NCBI GenBank assembly: GCA_964367745.1 | Contig: CAYIYK010000004.1 | Span: 449 to 64,448, forward strand | Reading direction: 5' to 3' | Source: an uncultured Candidatus Saccharibacteria bacterium | Lineage (GTDB): Bacteria > Patescibacteriota > Minisyncoccia > Phycocordibacterales > PALSA-1337 | Length of the DNA stretch: 64,000 bases | Shown: piece by piece, positions 48,411 to 60,601 of the stretch | Numbering within the stretch: the stretch's first letter is position 1 | Layout: each line of letters begins with the position of its first letter | The notes under the pieces: model-generated | Databases searched by the model: none | The model's input: the letters and a program-made list of their open reading frames with translations, nothing else | What the model was told of the DNA's origin: nothing | Position numbers and translations under genes: made by a program

Positions 48411-49757
48411 TCATAGTCCTTGCAATGGGTCAATCATGGTTCTTTGTATATTATCTGCCTTTAACATAACCTGGTTTCCATAAGAAGTATTCACATTTCC
48501 TGAACATGATCTTCCTGAATAGTACTTACAAGCGGCATTTCTCTCTGCAGTATAACTTCCGGCTTTGGCTCCCAAGTCGGTAAGGAACATAGATGAAGCC
48601 ATAAATGCATGTTCTGGATTCCAAGGATTAGGATTCGCTATATTTAAGGCTGAAGCAATTCTATCTTTAAATAGCATCCAAGTAGAAGGGATAAACTGAG
48701 CTGGTCCCATGGCACCTCCATAGCCACCGGCTGAAGGTATAGGGCAAGAGACGAGAGTCTTTGTCGGATCTTTTCCAAGCGCACCAGTAATCTCTAAGAA
48801 TGGCCCAACATCTCTACTTGGTTTCATTACATTTGGAAACGTCGTTCCACTTTTAATACTTATACCTGCTCCGGTATTTGTATCTGTTAAATAACATGAA
48901 CCAACGTTCTTACCCAAAGCAGATTCTTGAGTCAAAATAGCCAAAAGGAAAGCGGGTCTAATTCCTGTAGATTTTTGGGCTTCTTGAGCATACTTCAATG
49001 CTTCACCGAATGGAATTGCGGCTGAATCTCTTAGAGAGAATAGTGCCGCTTTTATTTGAGCAGCTTTCGCTTTCTTTTGAGCCAGCTCTTGGGAATATGT
49101 AATCTCATTACTCTTACTTATACTCAACAATCTCTGTTTTTCTTTTTCGTTTATTTCTATATTCTTTTTTTCAGTTTCAATAGCAGCTCTGGCGTCTGAC
49201 TCTTGATTCTTCCTTTTATTTAAATTATCTTTTTCTGTCTGAGTCTGGGCTTTATCGCTTCTAATATTTTCAAATGTAACCTTCAGAGATTGTTGAACTG
49301 AATCAAAATTGTCTACATCGATAAAAACCTGTGTAAGGTTCTCTTTTGACAATACAAACTCTGCAAAAGAAATGGCATCTAGTTCATTATTTTTTCTCAT
49401 TATTTGGGCCAGAGTCTCTTTTCCTCTATTTATATGTCCATCCAAATCTTCAATCTTAGCCTGTTTATTATTTATGTCTTTACCAAGACTTTCAATCAAA
49501 AGGTTCTTGGCACGAATATTTAATTGTGCTGCTTTTATTTTTGTATTTAAAATTAAAATATCTCTAGAGATAGAAGCTGTTTGATTCTTTGTATCAGCAA
49601 GTATTTTTTCTGTTTCCGCTTGCTCTTTTTCAACTTGGGCAAGCTCAGCTCTTAATCTTGCTTCTTTTTGATCAGTAGTTTCATTTGACTGAGCAAATAT
49701 GTGAATAGGAAAAAGAACTGAAATTGAAATTAATGTCAAAAACAGAATTTTTCGCAT
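48411..49757 (-). CDS. Secreted coiled-coil protein with a C-terminal lytic-transglycosylase-like (SLT/MltB-type) domain; EnvC/PcsB-like architecture
   Basis: Signal peptide, about 230 aa of heptad-rich coiled coil, then a GAMGPAQFIPSTW motif region. Confidence 0.65.
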   Translation of the reverse strand: MRKILFLTLISISVLFPIHIFAQSNETTDQKEARLRAELAQVEKEQAETEKILADTKNQTASISRDILILNTKIKAAQLNIRAKNLLIESLGKDINNKQAKIEDLDGHINRGKETLAQIMRKNNELDAISFAEFVLSKENLTQVFIDVDNFDSVQQSLKVTFENIRSDKAQTQTEKDNLNKRKNQESDARAAIETEKKNIEINEKEKQRLLSISKSNEITYSQELAQKKAKAAQIKAALFSLRDSAAIPFGEALKYAQEAQKSTGIRPAFLLAILTQESALGKNVGSCYLTDTNTGAGISIKSGTTFPNVMKPSRDVGPFLEITGALGKDPTKTLVSCPIPSAGGYGGAMGPAQFIPSTWMLFKDRIASALNIANPNPWNPEHAFMASSMFLTDLGAKAGSYTAERNAACKYYSGRSCSGNVNTSYGNQVMLKADNIQRTMIDPLQGL

Positions 49758-49795
49758 TTATATATTGTAACACAATTAGAAAACGGAACGATAGA

Positions 49796-50455
49796 TTATT
49801 TCTTTGCTTCAGCAGAATCTTCAACTGGAGCTTCTCCTTCTTTAGCTTCTTTTCCTTTCTTTGTAACTTCAATAGCTGACATATCGATAGGTTTAACTTC
49901 ATCTATTTCATCTTTTGCTTCAGAAACTGATGCGATGATTTCTAGAGGTCCAGAAACTAGAGTTACTCCTGCACCAAGCTTTATATCCTTTGCTAGAATT
50001 GTACTTGAGAAATCTACAAGTGATGAGATATCTACTTTCAATTCATGAGGGAGGTCTCTTGCTCCAGCTTCGATTTCCAATTCTCGAGCCACTTTAACTA
50101 GAATAGCACCCTTATCCTTTACAGCTGGTGATACACCTTCAAATACTAGAGGGATATTTACTTTAACCTTCTTTCCCTTTTCAATTACATAAAAATCAGC
50201 GTGTCGTGGAGCACCTGTTACTGGGTGAACATCTATATCATGTATCAAAGCTTCGTGTTCAGTATTACCTTCTTTTAGAATAATTATTGATGATTCACCA
50301 GCCTTTTTATAAGCTTTAATGAATTCAATCATAGAAACTACAACAGAAGTTGATTTCTGCTTTGGACCATAGAAAACTGCAGGCATTTTGCCCATTTCTC
50401 TTAGAGTTTCTGGCTTGATCTTCAAATCTCTTGTTTCAGTGTTTAATGTAATCAT
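49796..50455 (-). CDS. rplY: 50S ribosomal protein L25 / general stress protein Ctc form
   Basis: L25 N-domain (RDLKIKPETLREMGKMPAVFYG) plus Ctc-type C-domain and an acidic tail. Confidence 0.85.
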   Translation of the reverse strand: MITLNTETRDLKIKPETLREMGKMPAVFYGPKQKSTSVVVSMIEFIKAYKKAGESSIIILKEGNTEHEALIHDIDVHPVTGAPRHADFYVIEKGKKVKVNIPLVFEGVSPAVKDKGAILVKVARELEIEAGARDLPHELKVDISSLVDFSSTILAKDIKLGAGVTLVSGPLEIIASVSEAKDEIDEVKPIDMSAIEVTKKGKEAKEGEAPVEDSAEAKK

Positions 50456-50548
50456 GTTCAGACTATTATATACAGAATTAATAAAAAGGCAAGAAAAAAC
50501 CTGTTTTTTAGTATTTTAGTCCAAAATATACTAAAAAATACCTGAAAA

Positions 50549-50665
50549 CTACATTGCTACGTAATTCATTATAAGATAAGTAGCAATAGCATTTGCTACT
50601 ATAGTTATAATCATGATTGCGTATACTGATTTTGGTAATTTTATCTTTACTTCTTCTTTTGCCAT
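50549..50665 (-). CDS. Possible 38-aa single-TM micro-protein
   Basis: ATG...TAG ORF MAKEEVKIKLPKSVYAIMIITIVANAIATYLIMNYVAM, 5 nt downstream of the 65-aa ORF. Not supported beyond ORF structure. Confidence 0.2.
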   Translation of the reverse strand: MAKEEVKIKLPKSVYAIMIITIVANAIATYLIMNYVAM

Positions 50666-50670
50666 AAATT

Positions 50671-50868
50671 TTAAATGAAATAATAAATTATTAATCCTGT
50701 TGCAACTAAATTTAGAAAAAATATAAAAAGTAGAACACCCTTAGATTGTGATTCATCTTTTATAATCCCCGTTTTAATCAACCAAGCAGTTAAAGCCCCG
50801 TATTGATTGACATTTTGTCTCATTTGACCAAAACCTATGTTATCCTCTTCAAATTGAACATTCGACAT
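50671..50868 (-). CDS. Possible 65-aa small membrane protein
   Basis: ORF 6 nt downstream of fba with a C-terminal TM helix. Confidence 0.3.
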   Translation of the reverse strand: MSNVQFEEDNIGFGQMRQNVNQYGALTAWLIKTGIIKDESQSKGVLLFIFFLNLVATGLIIYYFI

Positions 50869-50874
50869 AAAAAA

Positions 50875-51732
50875 TTATTTAATATTATTGAATAATTTCA
50901 ACTTCTCTACTACGACCTTTTGCATTGCCTCCCTTGCTCCTTTCAAATATTTATAAGGAGCAACTTCATCTGGATCTTCAGAAAGTGATTTCATCAAACC
51001 AGACTTGAATGCAACTCTCAACTCAGTATTTATATGTATTATAGAAATACCAGCTTCAATTGCATTCCTTATATCTTCATTCGAATTCCCAGATGCACCA
51101 TGGAGAACGAGTGGTGTTTTTACACTGTCTGCTATTTCCTTTATCCTTAAAATATTTAGTGCCGGCTCTCCTCCTTTTACTATACCATGAACATTACCAA
51201 CTGCAGGAGCAAGCATATCCACACCAGTAGAATTTACAAAATCAACTGCCTCTTGCACTTCAGTAAGTCTTCCTACACCTTCTGGAACTGAATCTAGAAG
51301 TTTTGAAGACTTACCTATAAAACCTATTTCTGACTCTACGATAATATTAGGATTAACACTTCTAGCATATTCAACACATTGTTTTGCAATTTTAATATTT
51401 TCCTCCATTGGCAATGCTGATCCATCATAAATCACAGAATCATATCCAGCATCTATAACTTCTTTAACTTTTTCAAAAGTATAAGTATGATCGGCGTTTA
51501 GATAGACTTCCTGACCAGTTGATTCTCTGTAAGCGTGAACCATAGCTACCAATTCGTTTTTTCCAATAAAATCTCTTTCACCTTCTGATGCACCAATAAT
51601 AACTGGTACATTCAATTCTTTTGCACCAAGTACAACCGCCCAAAAACCGTCACTGTTTGAAATATTAAAATGGCCAACTGCAACCTTTTTTCTTTTTGCT
51701 TCTTCCACGCAATCTTTAAGTATTTTTTTCAT
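50875..51732 (-). CDS. fba: Class II fructose-bisphosphate aldolase family protein
   Basis: Class II aldolase motifs (VAVGHFNISN, His-rich zinc site LHGASG). Confidence 0.85.
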   Translation of the reverse strand: MKKILKDCVEEAKRKKVAVGHFNISNSDGFWAVVLGAKELNVPVIIGASEGERDFIGKNELVAMVHAYRESTGQEVYLNADHTYTFEKVKEVIDAGYDSVIYDGSALPMEENIKIAKQCVEYARSVNPNIIVESEIGFIGKSSKLLDSVPEGVGRLTEVQEAVDFVNSTGVDMLAPAVGNVHGIVKGGEPALNILRIKEIADSVKTPLVLHGASGNSNEDIRNAIEAGISIIHINTELRVAFKSGLMKSLSEDPDEVAPYKYLKGAREAMQKVVVEKLKLFNNIK

Positions 51733-51750
51733 GATATAATATTAACACAT

Positions 51751-52761
51751 ATGTTTGATAAAAATATAGATTTCTTGGCAATTGGAGATATTACTACTGA
51801 TGCTTTTATTAGATTAAAGGAGGCGAAAGTTCACTGTAAGATAAATGATGAGGATTGTGAGATATCGATGCGCTTTGGAGACAAAGTTCCTTTTGAATAC
51901 GTAAAGATAGTTAAAGGGGTTGGTAATTCTGCAAATGCTGCTGTTTCAATAGCGAGACTAGGCATAAGATCAAATCTACGTTCTGCACTTATGACACAAG
52001 TTGGTGCTGATGAAAATGGTAAAGATTGTTTAGCAAATCTAGTGAAAGAAAAAGTAGATACACGCTATGCAAAAACTCATAAAGGTCTATCTACCAACTA
52101 TCACTTTGTACTTTGGTATGAATCAGATAGGACAATTCTAATAAACCATACTGAATTCCCTTACAAATTCCCTGAGATCAGGAAGAATCCAAAATGGATT
52201 TATCTTAGTTCATTGAGTTCAAATTCAAAAGACTATCACAAAGAGATTTCTGATTATCTAAATAAAAACCCGGATGTAAAACTTGCTTTTCAGCCTGGAA
52301 CTTTTCAGATGAAATTGGGGATTAAAGAATTAAAAGATATATACAAGAGAACTGAAGTTTTCATTTGTAACTTCGAGGAAAGCCAGAGGATACTACATTC
52401 AGATTCAAGAGATATAAAAGTTCTACTATCAGAAATGCATGCAAATGGACCTAAAATTGTAATTATTACTGATGGACCAAAAGGTTCGTATATGCTTGAT
52501 GGTGAACATTTCTACTTCATGCCGATTTTTCCTGATCCAAAGCCACCAGTAGAGAGAACCGGTTGTGGTGATGCATTTGCTTCGACTTTTGTTGGTGCTA
52601 TGATGCTTGGTAAATCACCTCTTGAAGCTCTAGTCTGGGCACCTGTTAATCCTATGTCAGTTGTTCAGTATGTTGGAGCCCAAGAAGGACTGCTTGATAA
52701 AGAAAGTATAGAATGGCATTTAAAAAATGCACCGGAAGACTATAGACCTCGAGAAATATAA
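51751..52761 (+). CDS. PfkB-family carbohydrate/nucleoside kinase
   Basis: N-terminal GD motif (LAIGDITTD) and C-terminal GCGDAFASTFVG anion-hole motif. The start is at MFDKNIDF; the longer ORF overlaps fba. Confidence 0.8.
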   Translation: MFDKNIDFLAIGDITTDAFIRLKEAKVHCKINDEDCEISMRFGDKVPFEYVKIVKGVGNSANAAVSIARLGIRSNLRSALMTQVGADENGKDCLANLVKEKVDTRYAKTHKGLSTNYHFVLWYESDRTILINHTEFPYKFPEIRKNPKWIYLSSLSSNSKDYHKEISDYLNKNPDVKLAFQPGTFQMKLGIKELKDIYKRTEVFICNFEESQRILHSDSRDIKVLLSEMHANGPKIVIITDGPKGSYMLDGEHFYFMPIFPDPKPPVERTGCGDAFASTFVGAMMLGKSPLEALVWAPVNPMSVVQYVGAQEGLLDKESIEWHLKNAPEDYRPREI

Positions 52762-52764
52762 AGA

Positions 52765-54668
<1,904 letters not shown>

Positions 54669-54701
54669 TTTAATTATATAAAATTATTTGATAGACAAAC
54701 A

Positions 54702-54731
54702 AAAAACTGCCACTCGGCAGTTTTTTGTTTT
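54702..54731. terminator. Bidirectional intrinsic terminator between the convergent LOG and RRM genes
   Basis: AAAAACTGCC-ACTC-GGCAGTTTTTTG. Confidence 0.7.
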
Positions 54732-54746
54732 AAGACGGGTAAAGTA

Positions 54747-55052
54747 TTACCAATTTCCTCGACCTTCTCCACCTCGATTGAAATCCTTTCGAGGAGCACG
54801 AGGTTCCATAGGACGAGCCTCGTTCACAGTAAGATTTCTTCCATCAAGTGGCTTACCGTTGAACATATTGATAGCATTGTCTGCTTCTGCATCTGTAGCC
54901 ATTTGAACGAATCCAAAACCTTTTGATCGGTTTGTCATCTTGTCCATAATGATTGATGCTGATTCAACTGTTCCTGCAGCAGCGAAGTGAGATCTTAGAC
55001 CATCCTCACTTGTACCGTATGAAATACCTCCTACATATAACTTCTTTGCCAT
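54747..55052 (-). CDS. RRM-domain RNA-binding protein with a Gly/Arg-rich tail
   Basis: RNP-2 LYVGGI and RNP-1 KGFGFVQM. Confidence 0.8.
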   Translation of the reverse strand: MAKKLYVGGISYGTSEDGLRSHFAAAGTVESASIIMDKMTNRSKGFGFVQMATDAEADNAINMFNGKPLDGRNLTVNEARPMEPRAPRKDFNRGGEGRGNW

Positions 55053-55157
55053 TTCTTTTTAACTTTTACCTCGTCTTTAATAAATAAACGTAAGCGACTA
55101 GGAAAACTTACAAAGGTATCGTACAGGGTTATAGACCACAAGTCAATAGTGTATAAA

Positions 55158-58100
55158 TTACTTCCCTGTTACTTTTTTCATTGTAAGTGGCCCAAAGAAA
55201 CCAACAGATGGTTTAATATTGTTAGCAACTTGGTATCTAATAAGGGCAGATCTGGTAGCAGGGCCAAAGGTTGTAGATTCTAGTCCTTTAGATCCAGCTC
55301 CTTTAGTCGATACTGTAAATCCTTGTGAGTTTAGGAAGATTTGTAGTTGTCTTACATCTTCTCCCTTGATACCTAGTGATAGGTTACGCTTGAATGGATA
55401 CAGTGAGGTTTTTGTAGTATTTATTGTATATACTGGTGGATATGTCTGTATTGTCTTTGTAGTGGTTGTAGGGGTGCGAGATACAGATGATCTTCCTCCT
55501 CCGCCTCCACCACCTCCTCTAGATGAAGTAGATTCGACTACACTTGGTATCTTTGTAAATGTAGCTACTACTACCTTGTCTGATGTAGAGTTTACAGTAC
55601 AACTACCTGTTCCTGAACATACTCCTCCAGTCCATCCTCCAAATGTTGATCCTGGGTCTGGTGTAGCTGTTAGAGTTAGTGTTGTAGAGTCATTTACTAC
55701 CTCTGAACAATCACTACCACAAGATATACCTGTACCTGACACTGTACCTGTTCCTGAGCCTAGTGGAGTTACTGATATTGTATATGTTACAGGTGGTGTT
55801 GTACCTTCGATGATTGAGTATGTAGAGAAGCTAGGTACAGTGAATACTAGGGTACCGTTTATGTATGAGATGATTGTACATGTAGTACATTCTACTCCGT
55901 CTTTAATTACCTTTGGTGTCTTTGCTGTAAGGTTGTATAGCGTTACTGTAGCTCCTTTGTTTAGTTCAGGCATACGAGAAGAGTCTAGAGACAGAGTTCC
56001 TTTGGCTATAGATATATTTGCATCTAGGTCTAGAGGTTCGCCTGTACTCTTTACTAGAGTAAGTGGTGTAGAGTATGAGATCTTACCTAGACTGTTCTGT
56101 ATATCAAATGAAGATACACTGTTTAGATCTGCATTAGCTAGGTTAACTGATGTTGTGAACTTTGTTGTTAGAGGTAGAGCACAACCATAGTTGTTTACTG
56201 TTACTCCTGTAGGTGTATATGGACACTTGTCTACAGAGTTCGCAATACCGTCTAGGTCGGAGTCTGCTACTGTTGGAGTGACGGGGGTGGGGGTGGGAGT
56301 GGGAGTCGAGGTTACAGGGGTTGGAGATGGGGTCGGTATATAAGGATTAGGTTGGTTTGAAATATTTGAAAGCTGAGTAGAATTTAAATTTAAAATATTT
56401 GGAAAATAACTAACACCTTCTGTACCGTAGGAAATCAAATCCACTCCATTATTTGACCACTTTAATTTTCTAGAAAGAGTAGTGTCGGTTATGACGGGTT
56501 GAAACACAAGAGTTGTCGGGTCAATTCTATATATTTTATTATCTACATATATCCAAACATAACCATCTGGACCAAGTTCTAACTTAAATTCCATTCTAGA
56601 GAATCTTCCATCAAGACCTCCGAAGGTGTTTCCTGCAACTCCAATAGATTTCGGTGCTATTATCATTGTTCTATTTGATGGTTTGAACAAGAATACTCTA
56701 GGTCCTGAAGGGTCTGCGCTCGTAGTAACTCCTAATACTTGATCATTTGCCACTTCTTTCATAAAGGCATTTACTCCGAGATCATAACTACCTTCTATGG
56801 TCTTGGTTAATGCGTTTATAACCGTAAGTTTTCCATCATTACTAGATACAACAACTTTAGAGCGATTGTTTGAAGTAGTTAGACTTGCAAACTTTATTGA
56901 ATTACCAGTCGCGGGTGGATTCCCACCAGTCCATATACCTGCAAAAATCTCTCCACCAACAGCAGTTCTTGGCTCATACCAAGCCACACCTCCATAATCT
57001 ACACATCCCGGAGTAGCTCCACACATATCACCTCCGATCCATATCTTACCCTCTGAATCGTAGTCGAGATAGTATCTATAATTCATATGTTCACTTGTGA
57101 TTACTTTTACTGGATTTGTACCAGCTAGTCTTGAAGATACTGCCTGTGTTGGCATCCACCTAAAGACCTGGTTAGGATAGCCAGCAAAATATATTTCATC
57201 AGTCCCAGACGGTGTAAGTGAACTTGGAACTTTCAATGTTGTATATATACTAACCGGTGGCAACCCTGCTATTGGTGTCGTGATTATTTGTCTAACATAA
57301 TCATAAAATGTTGTAATATCTCCAAAAGCGAAGAATTTATTATTCCCTTGATAAGGTTCAACAGACATAATTGGTAAATCATACCAAAGGTCATTGTATC
57401 TTAATGATGATGTTTTATATCCAGATATTGGATAATTCCAAGTACTATGTGGACCGTAATGTACAGTACTGACCGGATTGGCAATATTTGGTAATATGCC
57501 GTCCCAATTCATATCGTAGTCAAACGCACTAATGAATTGATTATAATTTCCATACCCCATCATTGATATATGGTTTTTATAATTTAGATCAATTTGGGTT
57601 TGTGTACCACTATTAGGTAGGGTACCTGTAATTAAAGTTGCTTTACCATTTTCAAGCCAATAATATTTGACTCCCGATCCTGTATTCCTATATATATAGG
57701 GTTTTTTTGTTGTATTATCTATACCAATATAGACATTATTCGCCTTAACCTGTATCGCGTCACCATAATTAATTTCATACCAAGTACCATTATCAGCAAG
57801 AGGTCTTACCATTAATCTAGAATAGTTATTTGTAGTATTTTCAGACCACTCAACATAAGCATGAGTCTTATCTACATACAGACTTGGACTACTAGCGTTA
57901 CTGATATCATAAATAATTCCAAGATCCTTCCAACTACTTGCACCGATTGATGGATCATAAGAATATAGATGTGAAGGCACGTTTGAGTGAATAGCGGTGA
58001 AATAAATTTTTCCATCTTCACCTAGAGCCATTGATTGGCCAGCCCACCAAGTCGATCCCCCATTTCGAATGACTGTATTAGTCATTGTAACAGGGTCAAA

Positions 58101-60539
58101 TTCGTTAAAAGATCCTCCAGTTTGATATGAACAGTATTCACCATACCAATAAAATTTATTATGAATTGGATCATAAATACTATTTCTACCCATAGAACAG
58201 ATACCTCCCTCTACCAAGGCGCTAGCGCCAGTACCTGTATTTATATAATGAATATATGCCCTACCTTCCCCAGAAATATCTGCTCCTCCGAAACTATTTA
58301 TAATATGAACTGTACCTGCGTTATCCTTCCACATTATATTTTGGGCTGCATAACCCTGCCTTCCTTGTATTACATGTGGTAGAGAAATTTGAGTAGTACC
58401 AAAAGATGTTGCAGATTGACCGGTCGTAGTTACAGTAAGTGGACTAGATTGGTTTGACACATTACCTGAAGTGTCCACAGATAATACTTGATACAGATAT
58501 GTTGAACCAGCTGTTAAACCACTATCAGTATATGAATTACCTGAAGTCACAATAGCCGTCTGTATATTATTTCTATAGATTTTATAACCGGAAATTGCCA
58601 CATTGTCGGTAGAAGGTGTCCAAGATATAGTAGCTGAGGTATTGCCGATATTTGAAGATGTTAAATTTGAAGGGACTGATGGTGCAGTAACGTCAGATGA
58701 ACCAGGATTTGAAGTTGCCACACCTGAATATATATTCGCGATTTCGGCTGGTGTTAGAGCACGGTTATAAACTCTGATATCATCTATAAAACCCTTAAAA
58801 TATTCACTTCGAGATTTACCGATAACAAATGGAATCGTAGGTGACACTATTGATACACCCGGACCAACTCTCTCGGATGAAGGTATCGAATTCTTAAAGA
58901 AAGTGATTTTATTTGTAACTAAATCATAAGTAAATGCTATGTGTGTCCATTGATCGACAGGTGGTGCTGATGTTTTTTGAAAATCATAAGTTGTACCATT
59001 GATCAAAACCCTGGAAGTTGCTGTTCCATCCCACATACCACCAAGACCGAATCCTGATTGACCATATGTATTATTATGTATAAAAGGTTCTTGAGAAGAC
59101 CATACTGTTTTTGGATATACCCAGGCAGAAACTGTGACAGAATTTAAATTTGAAAAAGCACTCATTTGACCAAACTGTGCAAAATCGTCTATACCATCAA
59201 AAGATACCGCTTGCCCAATTCTCCCACCCACCCAAACTGGTGAACTTGCTCCGGTAGAAAGACTTGCATTATTATTATTTCCACTTGAATCACCGATTGT
59301 TGTTCCAGAACCTTCATCAAAATTATATTTAAGTATCAATCCGTTTTGGATGTTATTTACTGGAGTTGGTGCAGGAGTAGGAGTTGGCGTGGGAGTGGGA
59401 GTTGGTGTCGGAGTCGGAGTTGGAGTTGGTTGTGCAACTACCACTTGTTGAGTTGAAACACTAAATGATTGTGATTGGGACGATGAATTCCCTGCCGCAT
59501 CATAAGCTAAAACCGTATATGAATAACTAGTACCAGTAGTAAGACCGGAAACATTAAATGTATTTGTACTTACTGTACTTATTTGATTATTATTTTGAAA
59601 AACTTTATATCCAGTTACTGCAGTATTATCTGTAGATACTGACCAATTTAGAGTAAATGAAGTCTGTGTAATATTTGCAGATGAAAGGTTGGTAGGGATA
59701 CTTGGTGCTGTTGTGTCAGCGACTGGAGTTGGTACTGGGCTTGAAACTGAACCGCTAAAATTATAAAGATCTGATATCTCACTAGAAGACAATGCTCTAT
59801 TATATAAACGAACCTCATCAATAGATCCATTAAAATATCCTCCATCTATAGGATCTCTACCGACTTCAAATATTGAACCTTGATCAGGTATTAGAGACCC
59901 GTTGAATGATTTTGGTGTACTCGCCACTCCATTCTTATAATATATAACTGTATTTAAACTTGCATTATATGTAAAAGCAATATGTGTCCAAGAACCGGCA
60001 ACAGGTTCAGATACTGAAGGAAAATCAATCGAATCATAACCAAAATATATTCTCGATCCATCAGCCCACAAGGCACCTATACCGAATTCTCTTCCTGATT
60101 GAATATATGGTCTTATACTACTACTACCTGGAGTAGTAGACCATTTAGCGTTTGGCTTAACCCAAGCAGAAACTGTTATAGCGCCCGCGTTCTTTAGGGC
60201 GGTAATACTATTCATCTTTACATAGTCATTCACACCATCAAGATTCAAGGCTCCAGCACCAACTTTACCTGTAGTTATACTTGCACCGTTCATAGCTGTA
60301 CCATTATTTGACCCTGCCGAATCTGTACCTATATTGTTTGAATCATCAAAATTGTAATAAGCGACTAACCCTGATCCTGCACCAGATACCTGGGCGCTTT
60401 GTGTTGTATTTTGAATAGTATTAATAAAAGAAAAGACATCGCCAACTTTCAGACTAGAGTGATTTATAAAATAAACTGACCCGATTAAAAGTAGCAGGAG
60501 GATTGCGAATGCGTGTGATGATTTTATATTTTTTTTCAT
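55158..60539 (-). CDS. Giant surface protein (1793 aa): two LamG + FN3 modules, Pro-Thr linkers, a probable beta-propeller-like middle region, TSP3-like motif, InlB-B-repeat-like domain and C-terminal peptidoglycan-binding domain
   Basis: Signal peptide. LamG (IDEVRLYNRALSSSEISDLY; IDDIRVYNRALTPAEIANIY). FN3 (TGYKVFQNNNQ...; SGYKIYRNN...). DSDLDGIANSVDKCP. The C-terminal roughly 340 aa are near-identical to the C-terminus of the 43477..47121 protein. Confidence 0.85.
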   Translation of the reverse strand: MKKNIKSSHAFAILLLLLIGSVYFINHSSLKVGDVFSFINTIQNTTQSAQVSGAGSGLVAYYNFDDSNNIGTDSAGSNNGTAMNGASITTGKVGAGALNLDGVNDYVKMNSITALKNAGAITVSAWVKPNAKWSTTPGSSSIRPYIQSGREFGIGALWADGSRIYFGYDSIDFPSVSEPVAGSWTHIAFTYNASLNTVIYYKNGVASTPKSFNGSLIPDQGSIFEVGRDPIDGGYFNGSIDEVRLYNRALSSSEISDLYNFSGSVSSPVPTPVADTTAPSIPTNLSSANITQTSFTLNWSVSTDNTAVTGYKVFQNNNQISTVSTNTFNVSGLTTGTSYSYTVLAYDAAGNSSSQSQSFSVSTQQVVVAQPTPTPTPTPTPTPTPTPTPAPTPVNNIQNGLILKYNFDEGSGTTIGDSSGNNNNASLSTGASSPVWVGGRIGQAVSFDGIDDFAQFGQMSAFSNLNSVTVSAWVYPKTVWSSQEPFIHNNTYGQSGFGLGGMWDGTATSRVLINGTTYDFQKTSAPPVDQWTHIAFTYDLVTNKITFFKNSIPSSERVGPGVSIVSPTIPFVIGKSRSEYFKGFIDDIRVYNRALTPAEIANIYSGVATSNPGSSDVTAPSVPSNLTSSNIGNTSATISWTPSTDNVAISGYKIYRNNIQTAIVTSGNSYTDSGLTAGSTYLYQVLSVDTSGNVSNQSSPLTVTTTGQSATSFGTTQISLPHVIQGRQGYAAQNIMWKDNAGTVHIINSFGGADISGEGRAYIHYINTGTGASALVEGGICSMGRNSIYDPIHNKFYWYGEYCSYQTGGSFNEFDPVTMTNTVIRNGGSTWWAGQSMALGEDGKIYFTAIHSNVPSHLYSYDPSIGASSWKDLGIIYDISNASSPSLYVDKTHAYVEWSENTTNNYSRLMVRPLADNGTWYEINYGDAIQVKANNVYIGIDNTTKKPYIYRNTGSGVKYYWLENGKATLITGTLPNSGTQTQIDLNYKNHISMMGYGNYNQFISAFDYDMNWDGILPNIANPVSTVHYGPHSTWNYPISGYKTSSLRYNDLWYDLPIMSVEPYQGNNKFFAFGDITTFYDYVRQIITTPIAGLPPVSIYTTLKVPSSLTPSGTDEIYFAGYPNQVFRWMPTQAVSSRLAGTNPVKVITSEHMNYRYYLDYDSEGKIWIGGDMCGATPGCVDYGGVAWYEPRTAVGGEIFAGIWTGGNPPATGNSIKFASLTTSNNRSKVVVSSNDGKLTVINALTKTIEGSYDLGVNAFMKEVANDQVLGVTTSADPSGPRVFLFKPSNRTMIIAPKSIGVAGNTFGGLDGRFSRMEFKLELGPDGYVWIYVDNKIYRIDPTTLVFQPVITDTTLSRKLKWSNNGVDLISYGTEGVSYFPNILNLNSTQLSNISNQPNPYIPTPSPTPVTSTPTPTPTPVTPTVADSDLDGIANSVDKCPYTPTGVTVNNYGCALPLTTKFTTSVNLANADLNSVSSFDIQNSLGKISYSTPLTLVKSTGEPLDLDANISIAKGTLSLDSSRMPELNKGATVTLYNLTAKTPKVIKDGVECTTCTIISYINGTLVFTVPSFSTYSIIEGTTPPVTYTISVTPLGSGTGTVSGTGISCGSDCSEVVNDSTTLTLTATPDPGSTFGGWTGGVCSGTGSCTVNSTSDKVVVATFTKIPSVVESTSSRGGGGGGGGRSSVSRTPTTTTKTIQTYPPVYTINTTKTSLYPFKRNLSLGIKGEDVRQLQIFLNSQGFTVSTKGAGSKGLESTTFGPATRSALIRYQVANNIKPSVGFFGPLTMKKVTGK
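55182..56233. repeat. Copy 2 of the roughly 1.05-kb segmental repeat (3' end of the giant-protein gene 55158..60539)
   Basis: See copy 1. The spurious plus-strand ORFs 43535..44503 and 55219..56190 translate almost identically, which confirms the repeat. Confidence 0.9.
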
Positions 60540-60601
60540 TTTTTATTTATATCTAATATTAACATTTTTTCTTTTTAAACAACTTTTTATTATCCACAAA
60601 A

